Origin: the human T2T-CHM13v2.0 reference genome, Homo sapiens
Reading direction: 5' to 3' (one strand)
Assembly (NCBI RefSeq): GCF_009914755.1
Contig: NC_060925.1
DNA length: 64,000 nucleotides
Position 1 is the first letter of the stretch. The number at the start of each line of letters is the position of its first letter. The notes below the pieces were generated by a model, which worked only from the letters and a program-made list of their open reading frames with translations, was not told the origin of the DNA and searched no databases. This document shows positions 46,268-64,000 of the stretch, piece by piece. A program made the translations under genes and the position numbers.

Positions 46268-47285
46268 GCTGTTTTATGAAAAAGAAACAAAATTGTCTTT
46301 AAATAACTGAGTTTCACAGCAAAAACAAAACAAAATTAAAAACCAAGAGGCATCAGGCCGTGGTGTGGGGAGGAAGGATGGATGGGGCCAGAGGTGGGAG
46401 GGAGGGGATTCCCCGTCACTGTGCTCAGTCTTCAGCCCGGCTGTGCTGTGCCCAGGACCTGCCTCGCAGCCTGACCTTCGCCTGGCTCTGTTCCAGCAAT
46501 TACACATCAGCCCCGGTGATAAACATCAGTGCTGAGCAGAGGGCCAAAGGGTCTCAGGCACTGCCTCCAGCTCCAGCATAAACAGAAACGCCATGATTCA
46601 TTTTTACCTCCCAAGATGATCTCCAGGGGTCGGAGTGGCGCAATGGCAGCCAAGAAAAGGGCAGCGGTTTGTGAACCTGGGAAAAAAAGGGCATTTTCTG
46701 ATGCAGTCCTGCGGGAGACCAGGCTTTACAAGAGGAGTGAACGCCACCATCTCAGGGCCTGCTCTGTCTTTGTAGGGAAGAGGAGCAAAGAAACCTTCTG
46801 GAAAAGACAAGGATAATGTGCAGATGTGGGTGGCTGGGCACTTACACTGCATGTGTCACCAAACTCTGCCAAGGCTGGGAGGGTTCTTGCCTGCCTTGAG
46901 TCTTTAAGGACCAGGGTTTCTAGTGAAAGGGATGGTAAATGGGGGAAGGTGGCCTGACCTCAAAAGCCTGCCAAGAGCCATCAAGGGGCACCAGAAAGGA
47001 AGGCACGGTGAGCGGTGTCTGTGTTTCACCTAGGCCCTTACCCCTACCACCAAGGCTTCTGCATTCACTGCAAGTAGAGAAAGACAGAGGCGTTTTGAGG
47101 TGAGGGCATGCAACACAGCCTGCAATAGCTAAGACTTCACAGTCAGCGCCATTCTGGCTTCTGCCTGGGGGTTATGCAGAACCCATCACTAGGGGGATGA
47201 AGGTTCTTGTGGCAGATCTTCTCGGCCAATGAAGGGTCAACTCCATTGCTCTCAGCAGAACTAAATGCTTTGCCAACTGGTCTGG

Positions 47286-47358
47286 TGACTCATACTGGGA
47301 AGCTTGTAGCAAACCCCATTTTTGGAGAAACCGGGAAATCTCTTTGGGGAGATAAACA
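47286..47358. promoter_or_regulatory. LMOD1: Candidate intronic enhancer core: AP-1 + CArG + forkhead motifs
   Basis: TGACTCA 47286-47292, CCATTTTTGG 47316-47325, ATAAACA 47352-47358 in apparently unique sequence. Confidence 0.5.
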
Positions 47359-48248
47359 AGTCACTGTAGCACTCTGCTCTCTGAAGTGCCTGGCTAGTAC
47401 TTTCTGCTTCTTCATTTTATCCCAGCACCAAGGAAAACCCAAGCAAGTCTGGGAAATGTTGTAAAGATCTACACAAATGCAAGCTATTTGTCCCAGGCTT
47501 CTGGGTCCCACTTAGGTCCCGGAGGGTGGCAGAAGGAACATACTGTTCTTTTACTGCCTGGGGCTGTGAGCAGGAGGCCTGGCTTTCATACAGCCCCTCT
47601 CCTGTCCCTTCTAAACAGAAAAGGGTACATTGGCTAAAGCAGGAGCAGCTTTATGGTGTCTGACCTCTGCAGTGCTCCAGGGCCCCATGCTCAGAGGGCC
47701 CTACGCTTGGTTTAATTCTCTGCTGTCATCGTCTTGAAAGTTTTAGTAATTCTTGAGCACATTTTCATTTTGCGCTAAGCCCTGCAAATTCTGTAGCCAG
47801 TCCTAGGCCTAAGAGGCCAGGGATCAGGGATGGTGCAGCTCTCTGTCTTCCCGCCTTCTCCCTCTTCAGGAATGGCTCTCCCACCCCACAGACACTGGGA
47901 CATCAGCCTTGACGCTTCCTTTTTCCCTCACCACGTTCCCTTCATCCCACCTTCCTAACATAGCTCAGATTAGCTTCCTCACATCCCCTCACCATTGCTG
48001 TGTTTGCGGCCTCCATCATCTCTTGCCTCCCCACTGAACCTCCTGCCTCCTGTCTTCCTTCTCTTTGAGTGCACTCTGTCTCCAGAAAGACCTTTCAAAA
48101 TGTGATTCTGATCCATGGCTCCCATGCTTTCAGGATGAAGTGCAGACTTTGTAGCATGGCAACAAAGCCCTCCGTGACCTGGCCTGTGCCTGCCTCTGTG
48201 CGCCCTCCCCTTCCTGCCTGCACTCTGGTTACAGTGAGGAACAGCCAC

Positions 48249-48309
48249 GCTGGGCTCTCTTGGGTCTTGCTGCCCTACCCCATGCTGGGCTCTCTTGGGT
48301 CTTGCTGCC
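48249..48309. repeat. Direct duplication of a 26-bp block, period 35
   Basis: gctgggctctcttgggtcttgctgcc at 48249 and 48284. Confidence 0.9.
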
Positions 48310-48611
48310 TATGCATGCTGCTCCTGCCACACAGGATGTCCTCTCGCTTTCTTCTCTGCCTGGCTAACACTTCTTCTTTTGTTCCTCCTCCTTCTTTTTA
48401 ACTTTATATGTGGAAAAGTTCGACTGTACAACAAACTAGAGAGAACAGCACAATGAACCTCAAGGTACCCATTGCCCAGCTTCAGCGATTCTCTACATAT
48501 GGCCAATCTTGTTTCATCTGATGCCCACCCATTTTTGTCACAATCTCACATTATTTGAAAGCAAATTCCAGGTGTATCATTTCATGCATACATATTTCAG
48601 TGTGTACTCTA

Positions 48612-50046
<1,435 letters not shown>

Positions 50047-50416
50047 TGACTGGGGATTACTACCCCAGTAAAATGACATACTTTCCCAGGCCTTGTGAAT
50101 TGTTCTGGAAAGACATCATGCTACAGGGTCAATACAACTCCTAAATGCAGCTCCCTTTTAGCAGCTGAGGCCCTTGGAGACACCGGTTTTTCCTATGCCA
50201 AGGCCACAGAGACCAGAATTCCACTTGCTTGCTGAGGAAGTCAATCATAGTTGAGAAATAGCTGAGGAGTAAGCTGAGTCTTTAAGCTCAAGGACAATTA
50301 GGAGGTGGGTCTGGATATTCTACTGGAAGGGAGAAAGAAAAGCCAAGACCTACTGGGAAGACAGGGAGCAAACAAGGATGTCAAGCCATTAAATCAAGGA
50401 GGCCAAGTGGCCTCTA

Positions 50417-51694
<1,278 letters not shown>

Positions 51695-51719
51695 TTATTT
51701 AATGAAACAAAATCCATGC

Positions 51720-53121
<1,402 letters not shown>

Positions 53122-53574
53122 TGAGGTCAAAAGAAAGTGTTCAGAGCCAGCACAGTGGCTCAAGTCTGTAATCCCAGCTACTCAGGAGTCTGAGGCAGGA
53201 GGATCCCTTGAGACCAGGAGTTTGAGATCAGCCTGGACAACATAGTGAGACCCTGTCTATTGAAAAAAAAATTGTTTTTAATTGTAGCCGGGCACAGTGT
53301 CTCATGCCTGTAATCCCAGCACTTTGAGAGGCCAACGGGGGGCAGATTGCTTGAGTTCAGGAGTTCGAGACTAGCCTGGGCAACATGGCAAAACCCCATC
53401 TCTACTAAAAATACAAAACGTTAGCTGAATGTGGTGATGCACGCCTGTAGTCCCAGTTACTCAGGAGGCTGAAGTGGGAGAATCATATGAGGCCTAGAAG
53501 TCGAGGTCGCCTTGAGCTGCGATCGTGCCACTGTATTCTAGCCTGGGTGACCGGGAGTGTGATGCTGTCTCAAC

Positions 53575-53741
53575 AAGAAAGAAGAAAAAGAGAGAGAGAG
53601 AGAGAGAGGGAGGGAGAGAGAGAGAGAGAGAGAGAGAGAAAGAAAGAAAAGGAAAGAAAGGAAAGAAAAAGAAAAAGGAAAGAAAAGAAAGAAAAAGAAA
53701 AGAAAGAAAGAGAAAAGAAAGAAAAAGAAAAGAAAGAGAGA
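53575..53741 (+). repeat. (GA)n/(GAAA)n polypurine microsatellite
   Basis: About 165 nt of uninterrupted purines. Confidence 0.95.
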
Positions 53742-54044
53742 GGCTGGGCACAGTGGCTCACGCCTGTAATCCCAGCACTTTGGGAGGCCGAGGCGGGCAG
53801 ATCACGAGGTCAGGAGATCAAGACCATCCTGGCTAACACGGTGAAACCCCATCTCTAATAAAATACCAAAAAAAAAAAAAATTAGCCGGGAGCGGTGGCG
53901 GGCACCTATAGTCCCAGCTACTCAGCAGGCTGAGGCAGGAGAATGGCGTGAACCCGGGAGGCGGAGCTTGCAGTGAGCCGAGATAGCGCCACTGCACTCC
54001 AGCCTGGGTGACAGAGCAAGACTCTGTCTCAAAAAAAAAAAAAA

Positions 54045-54377
54045 AGAAAGCGAGGGAAGGAGGGAGGGAGAGAGGGAGGGAGGGAGGGAAGGAAGGAAGG
54101 AAGGAAGGAAGCAAGGAAGGAGGGAGGAAGGGAAGGAAGGAAGGAAGGAAGCAAGGAAGGAGGGAGGGAGGGAAGGAAGGAAGGAAGGAAGCAAGGAAGG
54201 AGGGAGGGAGGGAAGGAAGCAAGGAAGGAGGGAGGAAGGGAAGGAAGGAAGGAAGGAAGCAAGGAAGGAGGGAGGGAGGGAAGGAAGGAAGGAAGGAGGG
54301 AGGGAGGGAAGGAAGGAAGGAAAAGAAAGAAGAAAGAAAGGAAGAATAAAGAAAGAAAGAGAGAAAGAAAGAAAAAA

Positions 54378-54421
<44 letters not shown>

Positions 54422-54432
54422 AAAGAAAGAAA
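54045..54432 (+). repeat. (GGAA)n/(GGGA)n/(GAAA)n polypurine array with about 40-nt higher-order units
   Basis: Units beginning gcaaggaagg at 54111, 54151, 54191, 54219 and 54259. Confidence 0.95.
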
Positions 54433-55303
54433 TAGCCAGTCATAGTGGCATGTGCCTGCAGTCGTAGCTACTTGGGAGGCTGAGGCCGGAGGATGAAGCC
54501 AGGAGTTCAAGGCTGCAGTGAGTTATGACTGCACCATTGCACTCTAGTGTGTGTGACAGAGCAAGACCCTATCTCTGGAAAAAGAAAAAAGAGAGAGACA
54601 AAGAAAAGAGTTCAAGATATTCCGGCTGAGCGTGGTGGCTCATACCTGTAGTCCCAGCACTTTGGGAGGCTGAGGCGGGCAGATCATTTGAGGTCAGGAG
54701 TTCAAGGCCAGCCATGGCCGACATAGTGAAACGCTGTCTCTACTAAAAATGCAAAAATTAGCCAGCATGGTGGCGCCCACCTGTAAGCCCAGCTCATGAG
54801 GCTCAGGCAGGAGAATTGCTTGAACCCAGGAGGCAGAGGTTGCAGTGAGCTGAGATTGTGCCACTGTACTCCAGCCTGGGCTACAAGAGCAAAACTCCAG
54901 CTCAAAAAAAAAAGAAAAAAAAAAAGATCTTCCTTGGCCACCAGCTGGTGACCTCTCTAAGCCTCAGATTCTTCACCTGTCAAGTAGATTAAAATTTACC
55001 TCCCCTGTCTACCTTATAAGGCTGAAGCAAGGATCAAAAGAGATAACGTATGTGGAAGCCCATAAATCTTCAGACCCAAGGCATTAGGTTCTGCTTTTAT
55101 TGCGCATGGATGAGCTGGGGCATATTGTGTGATGTTCTAAGACAGCAACTAAGTACTTACCTACAAGCTTCTGGGAGTAAGACACTTTCCATTTTTCTTG
55201 GAAGGGGAAAATTACTTTGCATGACCATTTGGTTATGGTTTGGTATTGGTGTGGAATGTTTTTAGGGTAGGGCCCTGTAGAAGCAGGAGGATGAACCAGT
55301 TGA

Positions 55304-57435
<2,132 letters not shown>

Positions 57436-57558
57436 TCAGCCCTTGACAACTGGAATTTCAGAAGACAATTTAAGCCCTTACTGCCCTAAGGCATCCATTA
57501 TATAGAGTTAATTTCTTCCCTATGAATTCAGAATGGGACCAGCTAGAATCTTTGGGAG

Positions 57559-57935
57559 TGCTGTGTTTGGAATGTGTCCTCCAAAGTTCATACATTGGAA
57601 ACTCAATCCCCAGTGCAGTGATGTTGGGAGCTGGGGCCTAATGGAAAGGGTTTGGGTCATGGGGGCACTGCTCTCATGAATGGATTAATGCCATTATCAT
57701 GGAAGTGGGTTTGTTATAAAAGGACAATTTCAACTTCCTGGCTCTCTTTGGCCCTCACTTGTCCTTCTGCCTACTGCCATGGATTGGATAATGCAGCAAT
57801 AAGGTCCTCACCAGATACAGGCCCTTGATCTTGGACTTCCCAGCCTTCAAAACCATGAGCAAAATGTACTTCTCTTCATTATAAATCACACAGTCTGTAG
57901 TATTTTTTTATAGCAGCACAAAATGGACTAAGACG
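57559..57935 (+). mobile_element. ERVL-MaLR solo LTR (MST family)
   Basis: Begins tgctgtgtttggaatgtgtcctccaaagttcat; internal ctcatgaatggattaatgcc; ends tatagcagcacaaaatggactaagac; about 375 bp. Confidence 0.85.
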
Positions 57936-58276
57936 GGGGAATTGAGGATATAGTCTCTCAATTCATTTTTTCCAGCGCTTAATTCTCTTACAGAAGCCTG
58001 GCTGAGAAAAGCTGATCAGTTGCCTACAAGGACCTAATCCCAGCTCTGCTCCTCCTTTGCTCCAGCCTCACTACTTGGGCGTCAGAAAGGCAAGTCTGTG
58101 TCGACCCAGCTGCAGAATTGGTATATCCAGATAACTTCCAGGCCATCATAGCCACATACCCAAGCACTGGGCCTCCCAAAGGGGTGGGCTCTGTGAGTGC
58201 TGTGAAGAGGGCCACTCCCTCTCCTGCTCTTGTGTGTGTGATCCAAAGGGAAATCTGCTTATAGCAAGTTCTCTAG

Positions 58277-59087
<811 letters not shown>

Positions 59088-59399
59088 TAGTCTGTAATCT
59101 CAGATTACTACAGAGCTGGAAGACAGAATTGCAAGGAAATGAAGAAAAAGTGGAACAAGTTTAAACTGAAGGGGAAATATGGCAGTGATCTATCCCAACA
59201 ATTCAGACCTCAGAGTGTAAATTTTAGACTGATTTAATTGGTTATTTTTAAAAAGAGGATAAAAAAGGATCACTGCCAAATCTTTCTTCATTTGAGAAGT
59301 TGGATACAAAATCATATTTTCAAATAGTCTCAGAAGGGTATAGATGAATTACAAATTTTGTAGATTCAATCAAGTATGATAGAACTGCCTTTGTAAATT

Positions 59400-60720
59400 C
59401 CTCATCCTTCATTCATTCAACAGGCATCCATTAAGCCAAGGACTGTGTTCACTGCTGGGGACATGAAGATGAATAAGAGTCAGCCCTCACCCTTAAGAAG
59501 TTTGGGAAAAGCACAGAAACAGACAATGCTGAAATGATGTGTTACATGCGAATGGAACAGGAGGTGCCAGAACTTGCAGGAGGTGCTTTGTGAACACAGA
59601 GGTGGAGCACACAACTTAGGCTGGGGGGGTCCGGAAAGCCTCTAGAGAAAGTGTCACCTGAGTTGAGCCTTGAAAGAGGAATGAGGGTTGGCTAGGCTTG
59701 GCATCCCAGTTGGAGGCGACAATATGTTCAAAGGCACAGAGGAAGCAAGATAAAGCCTGGCGCTCTGGAGAACCAATGGTCAAGTACAACTGTAGGGTGA
59801 GAGTCAAGGAGAAGAGTATTCGTAGCTTGAGAAATAGGAAGGCACTGGAACATCAGCAGCTTTCTAAGCCATGCTAAGAAGTGTGAATTTGATCACGGAA
59901 GCTACACTGAGTAATTGAAGGCTTTTACACAGGGAAGGTCAACTGTGGGGAGGATGGATTCCAATGGCACGAGAAGAGAGGTTGGGAGATCAGTTAGGAG
60001 GCTGTGACGTTCTTCTAGTTGATAAGTGATATGCATGGGAGTAATAGAAGTTGAATTGCGAGGAGGGGCAGAGTTCAGAGAGATCATAGAGGCAGAAACA
60101 ACAGGATCCTATCACTAGGAAAGTCTGGAGACACTGGGAGAGGGATTGGAGCAGGACAGCCCAGGGTTATGATGTAGGTGTCTGATTAAATGGTACTTCT
60201 ATTCATCAAAGTGCAGAACACAGGAGGAAAAACAGGTTTAGGGGTGGGGTGGGGTGACGATGATTAATTTATTTGCAGACCAGTTGAATTTGAGACACTT
60301 GAGGTGTCCAAGAGACAACTGAATGATCTAGAACTCAAAATAGAGATCTAGGCCAGAGATAGAAAGAGAGCATACGGGGATAACTGAATCCATGGGGTTG
60401 GATGAAGGTAGCCATGAAGACTGCATAGGAAGGGCAGAGCCCTAAACAATCATATTTAGGCAATAGAGTATGAGCTGCTCACAGAGGAGATTAAGAAGGA
60501 ACAGCTAGAGAGATGAAAGGAAAACAAGGAGAATGTGCTGTATTGGCACCGAGGGAAATGAGTGTTTAAAAGAATGACAGAGTGGTTAAATTCCACAAAG
60601 TAAACAAATAGAATAAAGACTAAAAGGTGTGTTCAGATAAAGCAACAAGGAGGTCCCCAGTTACCTCATCAAGGCTGATGTCTGTGCAGTGCGGGGGCAG
60701 AGACGTCCAGGGTGATAGTG
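59400..60720. mobile_element. Degraded L2 LINE
   Basis: ttcattcattcaacag start followed by typical purine-rich L2 text (ggagatcagttaggaggct, agttgaatttgag). Confidence 0.7.
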
Positions 60721-60942
60721 AGCATGGATGCCATTTCCTACAGCTTAGCTAAGACGGAAAGGAGAGAATGTGGGAATTGGGGAGAAAGAGCCAGTAAAAG
60801 GGAATGTTGAAGAGAGAGAGAGATGTTTAAAGGAGCAAAGGTCGTGTGGAGGCAGGAGAGAAAAGATTCTAAAAAGTGGGTTTGGGTAATAGTCTGGGAC
60901 AGAAGAGGGATATCCTTTCCATGGGATAAAAGAGAAACGGAA

Positions 60943-63480
<2,538 letters not shown>

Positions 63481-64000
63481 TATAAAAACATTATTGTCAA
63501 GTAAAAATGAAATATGGACAAGGCAATAAAGAATAAAAATAAAATAGAGTGAAGCTTAGAAATATTAAATGCTTGTCTGAGACCACCCAGCTGATAAATA
63601 GCCAAGTTGGGAATTAGCCCCAGGTCCCCCTGGTTTGGCTTGCAAGTCCAGTGCTTGTCCCACCACGCCAGCTGTCAGTCATATGCTGGGAAGGGACCAG
63701 TGTGCTCCCTCCTTCTCCTTGGGCATGGGTGACTTAAGGGACAGAAGATCGATGCACTGGAGGTGAAAATCTACTGGATTTTCAAGCAGCTCTGGCAGCT
63801 GGCTGTTGTCTGTTGACTGTTCTCATGCCAGATTTCATGTCCGGAAGTACTTTCATGTTTTCTCTGCCCTCATCCGGGGAGCACTGAGCATTTTTCTTGT
63901 GACCTGAGGCTTAACCTCTGACTATTGTCATAGCCTCCTTGGTTTCTCCTCCCTTCAGACCAGCCTATGGCTGCCAGTGCTGTCCTTCCAGAGCAGCACA

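Larger units (their letters stand above)
53146..54925 (+). mobile_element. Alu cluster: left monomer 53146-53270, Alu 53287-53575, AluY 53742-54045, right monomer 54433-54590, Alu 54624-54925
   Basis: Alu consensus blocks separated by polypurine microsatellites. Confidence 0.9.

Noticed and set aside
53487-54510. Lys/Glu/Arg-rich and Pro/Ser/Phe/Leu-rich ORFs
   Set aside because: Translations of polypurine/polypyrimidine microsatellites

Overview
Human-type genomic DNA (Alu-rich; gene content matches the IPO9-SHISA4-LMOD1 locus, recalled as chr1q32.1). The + strand carries the last seven coding exons of importin-9 (IPO9, stop at 5805-5807) and a very long, repeat-laden 3' UTR that probably ends near 14.05 kb. 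It then carries the complete five-exon SHISA4 gene (CpG-island promoter, 197 aa, 18750-21601). The - strand carries leiomodin-1 (LMOD1): about 33.5 kb of intron 1 (exon 1 is beyond the window), the 1515-nt exon 2 (28992-30506), and exon 3 with its 3' UTR, convergent on SHISA4. The rest is about 45 Alus plus MIR, L1, L2, L3/CR1, one MER47-type DNA transposon, one MaLR solo LTR and microsatellites. The most striking observation is that the LMOD1 exon 2 donor reads AAG|TTAAGT instead of AAG|GTAAGT, so the invariant +1 G is missing at 28991. Other notable items: the candidate distal poly(A) signals of both IPO9 and LMOD1 lie in MIRs; a fossil CR1 reverse transcriptase is readable in the IPO9 3' UTR; LMOD1 intron 1 has an AP-1/CArG/forkhead cluster, a self-templated palindromic insertion in an L1, and a nested Alu/GGAA complex. 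I found no credible evidence for a new protein-coding gene or a new multi-gene system. Repeat boundaries and subfamilies are by eye and approximate.
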